64,000 nucleotides of DNA from Fistulifera solaris (taxonomy: Eukaryota), in contig AP026147.1 of assembly GCA_030295235.1 (NCBI GenBank), forward strand, positions 248,001 through 312,000. Reading direction: 5' to 3'. Position 1 is the stretch's first letter. Each line of letters starts with the position of its first letter. Position numbers and translations under genes: made by a program. The notes under the pieces were generated by a model, which was not told the DNA's origin, searched no databases, and saw only the letters and a program-made list of their open reading frames with translations. Shown one piece after another: positions 1 to 12,460 of the stretch.

Positions 1-184
1 GTACGGACGAATCATCCGTCTCTTCGCGACTGCGTTTCCGAGACGTCACTACGGAAGAAAGTTCGGGAAGCGTCATGCGCAATGGACAACTCGAACACCG
101 AGGGACTCCTCGAGGCACCGCAAAGCCCACGGAAGGCTCACCGTGTTGAAGTAGTAGTAGGAGGAGAAGGACGTTGTACTTCAT
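1..184 (-). CDS. 5' part of a gene running off the window; signal peptide plus probable plastid transit peptide
   Basis: ATG at 184 reads MKYNVLLLLLLLQHGEPSVGFAVPRGVPRCSSCPLRM... and stays open to base 1; hydrophobic core followed by G-FAV resembles the diatom ASAFAP-type cleavage motif. Confidence 0.6.
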   Translation of the reverse strand, partial: MKYNVLLLLLLLQHGEPSVGFAVPRGVPRCSSCPLRMTLPELSSVVTSRKRSREETDDSSV

Positions 185-943
185 GGTATTTGCTGTCAAT
201 ATTGGAACTGTATTCTCCGATATGCTTTGGACATCAATGGGAAGTGAAGTGAAGTTTTCTCCTTTCTCATTTGCCAATCAGAAGCTCCCAACAAAGTTCT
301 TTCGTCTTTCTTCGCATCCAGGTGCCGCATCGATTCGTAGCGGTACCGAAGGTTAATTTTTTTAAAAACGGAAACGTCAGTGCTACGGACGAGTGCAAGA
401 CGGTATATCTGACCGACGTTCTTTTTCACACACATTCATCCAGTGCCGAGTGTCTTGAAATATGAGTAGTTTTTGCTCAACAATAAAGTGTCCAACCTTA
501 TTCCTCACTTAGTACAGAACTGCCTGAATTTTGATAACGGAATTTTCGACTCTACCACAAAAGGTAGTGCAGTCCGCCGAATTTTCTGGTAGTACCGTTA
601 AATGCGTGACAGGGGGTTAAATGATAAAGGCAAATGGTTCTCAGGGGCTTTTGTCAGTGGTTTTGCAACTTCCAGCGAAGTCTTGCTGTGAACGACTGAA
701 ACCTCGAGCCAGAACTCGAGCGATAAAACTGCAACGATGAAAACTCTCACTCCAGCTGTTGTTGTACCAGTACTTGCAACACAGCAACCCAAAGCAAACA
801 AGGATTGAAGAGGACTGCACTATCCTTTGGACTTGCTATTAACAATCATCCCTTCTTACGTTAATAAGAAGAATTTTTCTGGCGGTTTCATGGAATGAAC
901 AGTCAGAGAGAGAGAGCTGCTGTAATAATATATTTAGTCAACA

Positions 944-3900
944 ATGGTTCAATTTGCCGATTCTGTCGTCATTATACCGGACGGTTTAGATCCGTATACA
1001 CTGCCCTTGCATCCCGACGGAACCTACGTGGATGGAAGCGAATCGTTGTCGGCGGAAAGCTTGGGTTTGGATGGGCTGGACAATGATGCTTCCTTTCAAG
1101 ATGCGATGCCAGCAGAAATGAGTATGGGCGACATGTACGTGAACAGAATCGATATGCTATTTTTAGTTGCAGCGAATGTTAAAAAGTCTCACTCGATCTT
1201 GTCCTAATTATATTCAGCGGCGGCGATGCCATGGTCTTTTCCGATTCGTTTCTGACCGACGAGGACTTTAGTAGCATGAGTGATTTTTCTGAAGCGACGC
1301 TCGAAAAGGAACCACCTTCGGATTACGACATTCTCAAACAGATGGGCACGAATGCCGCCCTTTCGGGGGCAGTCGCTTTTGCGGCGCCGACACTGATGAA
1401 ATATGGTTCGCGCTTGATGAATCAATCGAATGAAGCCGAAGATGCGGCCCTGGATTCGGCGGCCCTGGCCAATTTGAGCAATTCGGCATCGTTTTCACAA
1501 GGTGGCAACGCGACAGGTGCCTTTCCTGGATTTGGGGCCATTCCGGGTGGTGGCGGCGCGTTTCAAGCGGGTGTCTCGTGAGTTACTTGTGGTTGATTGT
1601 TGGTGCACGCAAGTCATTCTAGTGGCAACTCAACCTTTTGCTTCTCTCTGTTTTTAAGAAAATCTGTGATGCAGCAAGCAATGATTTTAGCGGCACGATC
1701 CGCTTCCACTTCAGTCGGACAAGGCTCAGCCGCCTTGACAACGGCAGCTGGTGGAAGTGGTGTTGTTGCTGGAGCCGTCGGTGGTGCGGTAGGTGGAACC
1801 TTTGGAGCGCTGGGCATAGGCATGAATGTTTTATTTGTTACATCGGTCGCAATGTCCCTGATAGGAGGTGCCATCGTAGGGCTGACAACAGGAGGATTTC
1901 TTCGACCCGAAACGCGGGCGGATATTTTTGTTCCTCTCAATATTTCTCTCTTCGATTTCGAAGTCATTGCTTCTCCGTCTGTGGTTCCATCAACGGTTGA
2001 CTTCGTACTCCCCGCTCCATCTTTGGTTCCGTCGCCCACGAAATCACTGTCACCAACTGAGAGCGGGTCGCCGTCTACTGTAACAGGCGATTTCCCTGTG
2101 GCCTTATCAAGCTCTCCGTCTGGGTCTTCACGGCCTACTGAACTTTCGGGCGGTATCTTTTCACCAACACCGAGTCCAAGTCTTTCTCGTTCGGAGTTGA
2201 GCCTGGAACCAATTCTTTCTTCACCATCACCAGTATCTGCGTCACAAAGTCCGATACCGTCCCAGACGGGGCTTACCGTGGTTCCATCTACAGTTCAAAG
2301 TGGCACTGTATTTCCAACTGAAGGTCCAACCACAGCTCAGAGCGGTACCGCATTTCCAACAGCAGCTCCAACTGCAATGCAGACTGGTACAGCAATTCCA
2401 TCAACAGCTCAGACTGGAACTGAAGCGCCCTTGCTCCTTTCTCCAGAACCAACGGCCTCCCCAAATGGAAGCTCGTCTCCTGTTCCCAGTGGCGTTATCG
2501 ACTCTCCAGTTCCTACTGGACAGCCGACGGGTATTATTGTTGGTGTTCCATCGAACGGACCTAGCCCGATACTCGACGGTTCTACTAGTCCGCCATCAAT
2601 CATTGCCACTCCAACTCCAATACCAACTACCGTTGTCACCGACGGTCCGTCTCCATTTACTTCCTCAAGCCCAACATTGGAGCCAACTCTACAGCCGACA
2701 CCCCAAGAAACGTTGTTCGCGCCAACTGCGGTGCCATCTTTCAGCCAACCATCGAGTTCGCCAATCGGTCCAGATGCCCCATCAGCGTCCCCAACGATTT
2801 CATGGATGCCTGCGGCGACTATGTTCCCTTCTGGTAAACCGTCAACGACAACAAGTCCGAGTGTTGCTCCGAGTTTTATTTCTTCCGCCGCGCCATCTGG
2901 GCGCCCTACGGGGCTCCCCACTGCTTTACCGACGGACAGTCCAACAACGACACCGACGGTCGAGCCAACAAATACGCCAACGGATAGTCCAACGACTGGA
3001 CCTACGTCTGAACCAACGAATACACCGACGGATAGTCCAACGACTAGACCTACGTCTGAACCAACGAATACACCGACGGATAGTCCAACGACTGGACCTA
3101 CGTTTGTGCCAACAAGTTCACCAACGGACAGTCCAACGACGGATCCTACATTTGAACCAACACGTACACCGACGGATAGTCCGACTACGCAACCTTCCGG
3201 TGTCGGAGCGGTTGGCAGAATTACCGGCTGGCGGTTGGTATCGTTAAATACTAACACGCCTCTCACAGACCTACTAAGAGAAGGTCAAGTGATTAATCTA
3301 TGCGATTACGACACAGATGTCACAGTACAAGCGATAACGAGTGACAATCCAGGTGAAAACGTCGGAGCAATTGAGTTCAAATTGCGAAATATTTTCAGTC
3401 AAGCGAATCCCGAACGCGTTTATGACAACGAATTCCCTTTTGTGATTGGGAATTTGGCCAACTATTGGGCTTTTACTCAAATCAATGCCATCCCGTTCCC
3501 TAGTCCACGCAATAATGGTGGTAGAGGTGAGGAAGTTATATTCAGGCTGTGGATAAATAAGGAATGCCCGCCACCGACGGACAGTCCAACTACCTTTCCC
3601 TCGCCTGGACCAAGCATCCTCCCCACTGAGAATCCAACTGCCCTGCCCTCGCCAGGACCAGTTATCGTCCCCTCCAAGAGCCCTACTGCCTTTCCCGCGC
3701 CTGGACCAACGAGTCAGCCGACCGACAAACCGATTGTTCAGCCACCCACGCTAGGACCTGTTGGCAGCATTTCCTACTGGCAGCTGAAATCGCTAGATAA
3801 CGGCGCGGTCCTCACAACCTTAGTAGATGGGCAACTGATTGATTTGTGCACATTTCCTGGACGAATGACGGTCGAAGCCGTGACTCAGGGCACTGTCGGA

Positions 3901-5200
3901 GCAATGGAGTTCATTTTGCTAGACAGCCGAAGTGGAGATTCCGCACGCGTCTACGACAACGCAAATCCGTTTGTCATTGGAGATCTGGATAACTACTGGA
4001 GTTACACCGAAATTTATCCTACCTTGTTTCCAAGCGCAGATAATTTTGACGGTGCCGGTGAGGATGTTCCTTTGCGTCTCTGGATAAGCAAATGCTTGCC
4101 GACAGCGCAACCGGTCAATGTTCCTGTGGCTCCTCCAACGGATTCACCAGTAGAAGTGGTTCCTGTTCAGCCACCAGTTCAGTCACCAACAACACCACCT
4201 GCACCAGCACCAACCGCGCCTACCAATCCAGGAACTGTGGGCAGTATTGACGGTTGGCAATTAAAGTCGTTGGAGACTAACGCATTTTACCGAAGCTTAT
4301 TTAACGGTGAAATAATTGATCTATGCGCTTTCAGTGAAGTTGTTACGATTGAGGCGGTTACTAGTGGCACAGTTGGAGCAGTCGAATTCCAAGTAAGAAA
4401 TGGCAATGGGGGTGGATCACGACGCGTCTATGATAATGCACGTCCTTTTACCATTGGTGATGCGTACCAAGATTGGGAAGAGGTTGAGATTAACGCGACT
4501 CCGTTCCCTAATTCAAATAACCTTGGTGGCAGAGGTGAGGAAGATCAAATTTTTCTGCGATTTAACTTTGATTGCTCGCCGGTCGAGCCACCTGTTGAGC
4601 CTCCCATTCTGCCGCCGTTCGAGCCACCTGTTGAGCCTCCAGTTCAGCCGCCAATAGAGCCTCCTGTCGAGCCTCCCATTCAGCCGCCAATAGAGCCTCC
4701 TGTCGAGCCTCCCATTCAGCCGCCGTTAGAGCCACCTGTCGAGCCTCCCATTCAGCCGCCGTTAGAACCACCTGTTGAGCCTCCCATTCAACTGCCAGCT
4801 CAACCGCCGGTAGAACCTCCTATTGGACCTGTTGGCAGGATTGTAGGATGGCACCTGATATCTTTAGACACCAACAGAGTTATCAGTTCCTTAACAGACG
4901 GTGACACGGTTTTTCTGTGCAATGACACAAGAAATCTAACGGTAGAAGCAGTAACGCAGGGCACTGTTGGAACGGTCGTGTTTTTTGTGAGAAGTGGCCG
5001 CGGCACGAAACCGCCTCGAGGACAACGCAACTCCTTTCCGTATTGACCAAGCGTATCGCGACAATCGGGGCGACGCATGGGATTTTGTACGTATCCATGG
5101 AACTCCGTTTCCGAGTTCCGAAAACAACGGCGGTAGAGGTGTTCAACGGACATTGCTACTCAATTTTAGCCAAGGTTGCGACTCTCCACCAGGCTACTAA
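944..5200 (+). CDS. Large membrane-anchored Pro/Thr/Ser-rich (mucin-like) surface protein with four ~115-aa repeated domains; multi-exon, with a frameshift near 5000
   Basis: ORFs 944-1207, 1231-1581 and 1597-5046 can be joined by GT..AG introns (~1135-1218, ~1579-1660); hydrophobic segment LGIGMNVLFVTSVAMSLIGGAIVGL; the 4th domain continues in ORF 4994-5200 (DNATPF..GTPFPSSENNGGRG). Confidence 0.75.
2932..3190 (+). repeat. Coding tandem repeat, 48-nt period (TDSPTTxPTSEPTNTP)
   Basis: acggatagtccaacgact.gacctacgtctgaaccaacgaatacaccg repeated about 5 times. Confidence 0.9.
4584..4822 (+). repeat. Coding tandem repeat, 36-nt period (EPPVEPPIQPPx)
   Basis: gagcc(a/t)cctgt(c/t)gagcctcccattcagccgcc repeated about 6 times. 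Confidence 0.9.
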
Positions 5201-5501
5201 AATAGATGGCAAACTCAATGAACGAGGCCGTTTCACAGCAGCATACCGTATCAGATTTTATGATTTTGATGGAAACCAACAACATCAAACTTGCCTGCCA
5301 TTGTCACTTTCGATGACAAAATTATCTTCTCGACCCTAGAATTTTCCTGAATCATCTTTGACTCAGTAACAAGGAACAGGCAGTGTGACGACTTGTGTTT
5401 GTACTTACTTCTCAGTTAATCTCTAGTAGTGTTACGGACTCTTTTATTACGAATGCTGTAGCATTATACATAACACTACAAAGAATATACCAACACTTTT
5501 A

Positions 5502-6598
5502 TTAGTCTTGTTTGATCGTCTTCGCTTTCGGAGGATTCGTCGAATGCAGATACAAGCTCGTCGCGGCCAACACTCCCCCAACCACTTGTCCCGCCGAAAC
5601 ACCAATGTCGGGTTCCATCAGTGCCTGCACGACTCCGGACAAGAGCATACCGAAAATGAGCGCAAATCCTTTGCGCACCGATCCGGCGTATTTGGTGACC
5701 AATCCCACCAAGACACCACCCATGGCGTTGGTGACAATCGGGATCCAGGTCCACAGCGTCCAATTGTGCCAGAATCCGTTGTCTAAAATCAATTTACCGT
5801 CCGGTGCTACCAACAGACTAGCAGTCAGAATCAAGATGGTGGCAATGCACAATTCCATACTGAATTGGTACGAATTTCGGGCTCCCGTTTGCAAATTTTT
5901 CTGCGCCACGGCCCCCGCCAGACCCGAAATGAAACTGGCGAGCAACAGTGGCGCGACACCGTACGTCAAATGATGCGTATTGAACCGGTCTTGGTTTCGA
6001 TTCGTGTTTTGTTCACTCGCACGAAACCTTCCCAGTAATGCATCCACGGGAACGATCCCTTCCATGACCAGTGCCGACAAGAACAAAAGAAAGAGTGCCA
6101 CAATTTGCCACTGGCTCTGTTTTTTCCCCATGACCAAATAAGTACACAACGCCGCCGAAAGCGTCTTGGTTTGATTCAAGACGTTAAAGGTAAGAGCATC
6201 CAAATTCTGATAAGCCATAATAGAAGCTAAATTTTGCATGGAATACAGCAGTGCTGGGAATAACGCCACGGCGAGCCAGCTAATGACAGACCAATCTTTC
6301 GGAACGAAAGCAATAACAATTATGAGATCGTGAGAACATACACTGAAGAACGAATGCTAGACGTACTCTTCCACGACTCTCGAGCGGCTCCCGATAGAAA
6401 CAAAAAGGTTGCCGCCAAGAAAAATTTGACCAGTTCTTGCATGAGCACAATCGTTGAACGATTCACTCCTGCTGGTGCGAACCGTCGCGTCAAGATGGGT
6501 TGACACCCAAATTGTACCGCGAGCAAAACCAAATAGACAATGGCTTGTCGCGATAATCGATCAGATTGTGATTGTGGTTGCTGTGTAGAGGATTTCAT
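5502..6598 (-). CDS. Nucleotide-sugar transporter, SLC35A family (UDP-Gal/CMP-Sia type); 2 exons, intron 6296-6366
   Basis: Motifs QELVKF, LYSMQN, TFNVLNQTKTL, SGLAG, VTKYAGSVRKGFA; multiple TM helices; splicing restores the frame (WK-N-WSVISW). Confidence 0.9.
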
Positions 6599-7128
6599 GA
6601 TGTTATTGTATTATGTGTTGTGTTTGCGTCGAAAGAAAAAGAGGCGAAAAGGTGATGATTCTTGTTCGAAATATTGACCTTTTTGCCGATGATGAAATGC
6701 ACCTGCTAAAGAGTTACAGAAAGAGCGAATGGATGCTTGAGTGTCGTAGCTGTGAAACCTGTTTGAACAAGAAGGCGAAAGAAAAACACGATAAACAATT
6801 GCAGTGATCGATTGTTTCCTCTTCAGCAGCGTTGCTATGTTGCATGTTGCTGCGGCGCGTCAAGCCATGCCAAGGTAGATATCTTGTTTTATAATTAGAA
6901 AGTTGTATCACGTTGTATCGGCAATAATTTCGAAACGAAGTTTTCCAGATAGAGGTGTGACGAACTTCATCATAAGTGGACGATATTAGACAAGAGTAGA
7001 TGATATCGTACCGGCAATGAATGTCACGCCGACGATGACGAAAACGTGAACACGAAGAGAAAATAAAATATGATGGTCACTTTCTATCGAAAGCAAAGCA
7101 TTTATTCCTCAAACTACACAATAATAGA

Positions 7129-8179
7129 ATGAAGAATGTTGCAATATCCGGCGAGGCCATCGTCTACCTTGCTTTACTGGCGCTCCAATTCGGCATACAA
7201 CCGATTCTGATGCAGAAGTATGCCCCCGTGGGCATCATTCGTTCGACGGTCGTCATCCTGCAAGAAGTCACCAAGTTTCTCATTTCGGCAAGTATTCTTG
7301 TATTGAATCAATCATGGTCATCGGCTGTTCAAGGTACGAGATGTTAGACATAATTTCGACTGGTTTCGATCCGATTTTTAACTACGAATTCTGATTTGTT
7401 TCTCCCCAAAAGACTGGTCGATGAAACGTTTCATCACCGAAGCCGTGTTCCCCGCCGGACTATACGGTATACAGAACGTTGCTTATCTCATGGCGGTACA
7501 AACACTCGATCCATTGACCTTCAATGTACTCGCACAAACCAAAACATTATCGGCCGCCTTGTGTTGCTATCTTCTGTTAGGACGGAAACAAAGTCGAATA
7601 CAAATGATCGCGCTCTTCTTACTGTTGTGGGCTGCTTTGATTATGGAAGGTGTCATTTCTATAGACACCATTGGATATTGGGAAAGAGATGCAAGCTCCA
7701 ATGAATGGAATTGGCATCACTGGACTCATGGAGTATTGCCCATTTTGCTGTCGACCTTCATCTCGGGCCTCGCGGGAGCATTGTCACAGGGTGCTTTGCA
7801 ACACAAAAATTCGTATATCTTCAGTATGGAGCTCTGTGCCGCACAATCCTTGCTTCTGGCGACCAGTCTCTTTTTCTCCCCTGACGGAAACATGATTCTC
7901 GAGAAGGGCTTCTGGCATCAATGGGAATGGGCGACCTTTCTTCCCATCGTGACGGGAGCGGTCGGTGGTGTATTGGTCGGTTTGGTGACCAAACACGCGG
8001 GTGCCGTGTACAAGGGCTTTGCACTGATCGTGGGAATGTTCTTGTCGGGTGTACTGCAATCGTCTTCGGTTTCCCAGCAACAAGCCGTCGGTGGAATCTT
8101 GGCCGCGATCAGTATCTTCCTTCATGCCACGAATCCACCACGCAGTGATATTGTGAAGGAATCCAAAAAGAGAAATTAA
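7129..8179 (+). CDS. Nucleotide-sugar transporter, SLC35A family, paralog of the upstream gene; 2 exons, intron 7334-7412
   Basis: QEVTKF, LYGIQN, TFNVLAQTKTL, VTKHAGAVYKGFA; phase-1 intron at the position equivalent to the paralog's. Confidence 0.9.
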
Positions 8180-8279
8180 ACGCCAAGAAGGTGCTCTATC
8201 TTTGCTGTCGACAAGAAGGTCGAAGGCAAAATAAATGATGTAAATTTTGAATTTTGAATCAATCTATTTTTTTTCTATA

Positions 8280-9494
8280 TTACGCATATTCAACTCGTGC
8301 AGAAGGCTGAGCATGGACATCCGCAACAAAATCGTCGCACACGTGAAAATGAATAGGTCCGCACAACAGTCGTTGTGTGATAGATACAGAAGGCACATCC
8401 GTCATGGACCAACAGCGTTTCGCTCGTTCCTGATTGTACAAAAGTTCCCACAATTCTGCACACACTTTCTGTTGCAGTTCGTTTAACTGAACCAAGGATT
8501 GCTCTTTTAATCCCTCAAGACCCGACTTGAGACCTCTTCCGTAGCGCCGTCGAATCCCGATCCAGGTTCGTCGCAACATCCACCAATGCGCTGTGTCAAT
8601 GTCGTCTGTTCCACCAAAAAAGCAGGATCGACCGATTGACAGATCCCGGGCGGTTTAAGCGTCCGTACGCGACAGGATCTTCCTAGATGATAATCCCCGA
8701 ATTTGAGATGAAATTCGCAGTCACAAATCGGTTCACAATTCAATGATCGCCAATCCCATTTGCATTCCGGATTTGTTTCGGGAATCTTTTGTTGTTGTAA
8801 AAAGAAAAGTGCCATGAGTGCTATGCGGGCAGCGAAAATTCGTAGCCGTATCGATACGTACCACTTTTTGGGTCAAAAACTGCTTTGCCGCTTCTCCGAA
8901 AATATCCAACAAAGTACGATCGTCTTCCACCATTACTTTGGGTAAGCTTTCGTTTGGCTTGTCATTATCCACAAGATCACTGCTTTTCCAACTGCGGTGG
9001 CGATGTACCGTATCGACTTTCTCCCCCTCTTCTAGCGTTTGCAATAGCGTTCGTAATTGTTCAATGGTAAATGTCGGCACCGCCTCCTCCTTCGATTTGG
9101 CTTCCTCCGCACAGTCGCGCTGCTCTGACGACACATCACCCGCATGCTGCGGCGAATAACTTCCACGTATGTTGGTATTGTTTTCTATTGATTCTCTTTC
9201 TATTTGATGAATGTAATCCGTATGAACGGAAGATTCGTGTGATGTGTCCCTACTCTCGCTGGTCGTTTCTCCGTGGACAGGAGGAGGGACATCCTCAAGG
9301 GCGTCGTTGATGCGCGCCTCATCTTTTTCTGAAGGATTTATATTATGTTGAGATTCGAAAAGATTTTGTTGAGATTCGAGAGGATCATTTTCCATCATCT
9401 CTTGGCCGACGACGACGTAGCCTCTTTGCGCGAGGAGCATTCCTCCCACCAGCAAGGGGAGAACTGCTCGTTGTTTACTATTCTTTCGAGGCAT
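8280..9494 (-). CDS. Hypothetical secreted protein with a Cys-rich module; intron 8786-8861, probable frameshift near 8580
   Basis: N-terminal hydrophobic stretch VLPLLVGGMLLA; the spliced frame continues into IPETNPECKWDWRSLNCEPICDCEFHLKFGDYHLGRSCR. Confidence 0.6.
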
Positions 9495-9955
9495 CGAATT
9501 GTACTTTTGCTTCTAAAATAATTTGCTGCATACACAGCTTGCATTCATGCAAACAAAGTCCCACATAGAGCGCTGCTTTGAATGAAACAATGAAGCGGTC
9601 CGACGATAAGCAGACCGCAGTCGGAGCGCATTTCGGCCGTTCCTAACCGGGGCCCGAAAAAAAAATTACACGTATTGCCACGTAAGTATGCGTCATCAGT
9701 CCCAAAAATTTGGGATAACCCGAGCCCTATATTCTACACGCACCAAAATTGGGCTCGAACGACGAAAATCTTGGCCAAATTTTATTGCCTCCAACAACAG
9801 TTTAAAAAATTTTACGGCACTCGATTTCCTAAGTAATATCTCTGCCCGCGTGCTCATTTGAAAAAGTTTCGTCGATTGCACTTCGTTCTTTCCTCCGACA
9901 ACGCACAAGTAATTCATTTTCATCAACTTGCGTATTTCATTTCGTCTTTTGCATC

Positions 9956-10552
9956 ATGGAAGAAGACGATCCTTTTTCCGTCCCACAAAAAAGAAGAAGT
10001 ACTACTTCTACCGTTCCCCCGCTTACGAGATGCTGCTACGCAACATTCTTGCTCCGATCATGGAAGAGAATGATGTGGACGAGGATGACGACGAGGACGA
10101 CGAAAGTGTTGTCGAAGTCCGCGTACGAAAACGCTCTTGTAAGAAACACGAAGATTACGATCCTCGGCAATCATCATGGTATAAGTCTTACGTCGAAGGT
10201 GCTCACTCAATGACGAAGAGGCACTTGAAAAATTTCCGCCTTCGCTTTCGCCTTCCCTTCGACGAGTTTTTGAAGTTGCTTGCTTCGTCTTGACACGTCA
10301 AGACTCGGGGTAGCTTTTGGGAATACCGGAAATGTGGATCCCGATAGAGTCAACGCCGAAACTACCAAGGAGATGAACAGAATTGTGGACCCATCGGTGC
10401 TCAATATGAAAGACAGAAATGGCATTTATACCGTCCGCAACCTGACGCAGGACTTCTTTCGCGAGAAACTCGTTACACATTTTACCATTGCACGTGAGCT
10501 TGATATGATTCATTGGCCTCGGGACAAGAAAAGTATGACCGTTCTAAACTGA
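9956..10552 (+). pseudogene. Harbinger-like transposase remnant: N- and C-termini joined, DDE core missing
   Basis: N-terminal DPRQSSWYKSYV...FRLRFRLPFDEFLKLL joined near 10280 to C-terminal VRNLTQDFFREKLVTHF...IHWPR; both resemble the ends of Harbinger transposases; far too short to hold a catalytic domain. Confidence 0.7.
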
Positions 10553-10634
10553 TCTATTTATCTAAAAATAAGAAAGTAGAAACTAATCCATTACTAACTT
10601 AATCTGTTGGATTATATAGCAGAAATATGGGCTT

Positions 10635-11183
10635 TCATACTTGGAGCCGGAGTGAAGCACAAATCACCAAAATCTTCGTCTGAATCACTATCAGCTTGAC
10701 TTTTCTTCTTTGACGCCGACTTCGTTGCAACCTTCTTTGAACCCTGATTACGAACAGTCGTAGAAATTTTTTTGTCAGTTCCTTGCCGACGTCGTCGTCG
10801 TCGGCATCACCGCTCAAATCAATAACCTTGTTAACTTCTTCCTTCATGAACGAATTAATGAAGTCTACGTTGACGGCGACCTTCTTTTCCGGAGCGAACA
10901 TTCCGTTGGCGAACTCCATTCACTCCTTCTCTGCTGTCTCGTATTTGGTTTTTGCAGCATCCGCGTCGTCCATTTTCCCAGCTTGAAGAAGCATCCGGTA
11001 CAGCAAAAATGCATCAACTTGCGAAATATAACCAGTGGTGGGGTTGCCATGGTACAACAACTCAAGCTTTGTTTTCTGCTCGGAAAGGGGAGCGCTTCTG
11101 TACTCTTTGTTTTTGGCGTAAGAGTGAAAGGCCATGGTGACCTTGGCCTCAACCACAATCTCATGCGGCGGCGGGGACGGCAT
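10635..11183 (-). pseudogene. Transposon second (accessory) ORF remnant
   Basis: MPSPPPHEIVVEAKVTMAF... has an in-frame TGA at 10920-10922 and continues as MEFANG...; lies inside the TIRs, convergent with the transposase remnant. Confidence 0.6.
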
Positions 11184-11555
11184 CTTCTCAAGTAAACAAT
11201 GAGCAATGACGAGCAATGACGAGCATGCCGAGAAATAATGAGCTTCGTTTCAGTTGAAGAACAAATGGTGACAAAAGGAGATTCGGTGTTCGGTGGCCGG
11301 TGGCAGTTTGGTGGGAGTGGTCGGCGGAATGTGCCTATAAGTAAAAATGGCGCGGAACCTGTGCTGCGAAGGCTGGCGTGCACAACGGTATGACTGTCTA
11401 TTCTATTTTTTGGCGCCCGGTTAGGAGTTAGGAGGTGGTCGGAAAAATTTTCACGATGCTCTGGTCAGAAACAGAATGGCTGAATACGTCAGCATTGCGT
11501 CACGAAAAAAATTTTTTTTGGGCCCCGGTTAGGAACGGCCTTCCAGGTGACGCAT

Positions 11556-11980
11556 TGCTTACAGAAATTCTGTGTCATTTCCAGAATTTTTGGAGACAGA
11601 AATTCTGTGTACCCTATGTTCCAGAATTTCTGGAACAACGTTACTTCGTCCATACAGAAATTCTGTGTTTTATTACAGAAATTCTGGAAGTGCAGGTTCC
11701 ACTAACTCTGGATACGGCGCCTTGGTTCTTACAAAAATTATTATGTGTAGGTTCCAGAGATTATGGATACAGTATTATTGGGCCTACAGGAATTCTTGGG
11801 ACGTATCCAGAGTTTATTATTTTACGGAGTATTTTTTAAAAAAATAAATAAAGTATGTGGATACAGAAATTCTGAATATTACGTTATTCATACAGAAATT
11901 CTGTTTACGTTCCAGAATTTTTGATTAAGGTTTACGAACTACGAACCTATTGATCATTACATTCAGCAAATTCTGTACTA
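11556..11980. repeat. AT-rich cluster of the near-palindromic motif CAGAAATTCTG/CAGAATTTCTG
   Basis: acagaaattctg at 11561, 11596, 11654, 11675, 11863 and 11892; inverted-type ttccagaattt at ~11579, 11619 and 11910; degenerate copies at ~11786 and ~11964. Confidence 0.8.
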
Positions 11981-12067
11981 TCTTGACAAGTTTCGACTGA
12001 ACGCTAAAGTTTACTGCAGTTCTAGAACGTATACTTCGTATTGTTTACAAATGTAAGCATAAAAATG

Positions 12068-12111
12068 ATGATTGCAAATGAAATCAAATAATGATTGCAA
12101 ATGAAATCAAA
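12068..12111. repeat. Short tandem duplication, 23-bp period
   Basis: atgattgcaaatgaaatcaaa at 12068 and 12091. Confidence 0.85.
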
Positions 12112-12460
12112 CGGCCGCACTAAACTTCTCCACCAAGTTCGACAGGCCATGAGACCTCTAGTTTGAATGCATTGCGGTGCTGTTGCAGGTTTTAATGCTA
12201 TTGTTGGAGGATTGAAGGGCATTACATTTGGTAAGTGTCGGGCTTTGTGTGACTCCTCAACGCAGTCCCCCGCCCGTAGACTGACAAAGGGCAGATGAAG
12301 GGTAATACAACGTCCGTACGCCGCGCGCTCCGAATATTTATTCCGAAGCTTATTCTCGCATAAAAAAGGTGATGTTCTTTTCGTTCGGATCGTCCTTTTT
12401 CTTTGAAACATTCTCGACGTCAATGATAGTGTCGAACATTGCTGCTTCTACAATCAAATC

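Larger units (their letters stand above)
9635..11540. mobile_element. Non-autonomous (internally deleted) PIF/Harbinger-type DNA transposon
   Basis: Perfect 21-bp TIR ggccgttcctaaccggggccc (9635-9655, inverted at 11520-11540) extended by A/T runs; 3-bp direct repeat TTC at 9632-9634 and 11541-11543; two convergent internal ORF remnants. Confidence 0.85.

Noticed and set aside
2300..3266. Long alternative-frame and antisense ORFs (315 aa and 285 aa)
   Set aside because: By-products of the Pro/Thr tandem repeat, which lacks stops in other frames
11435..11847. ORFs across the CAGAAATTCTG cluster, and a CRISPR-like reading of that cluster
   Set aside because: The ORFs straddle the TIR and simply translate the motif; the repeats are ~12 bp, in both orientations, irregularly spaced, with no cas genes in a eukaryotic context
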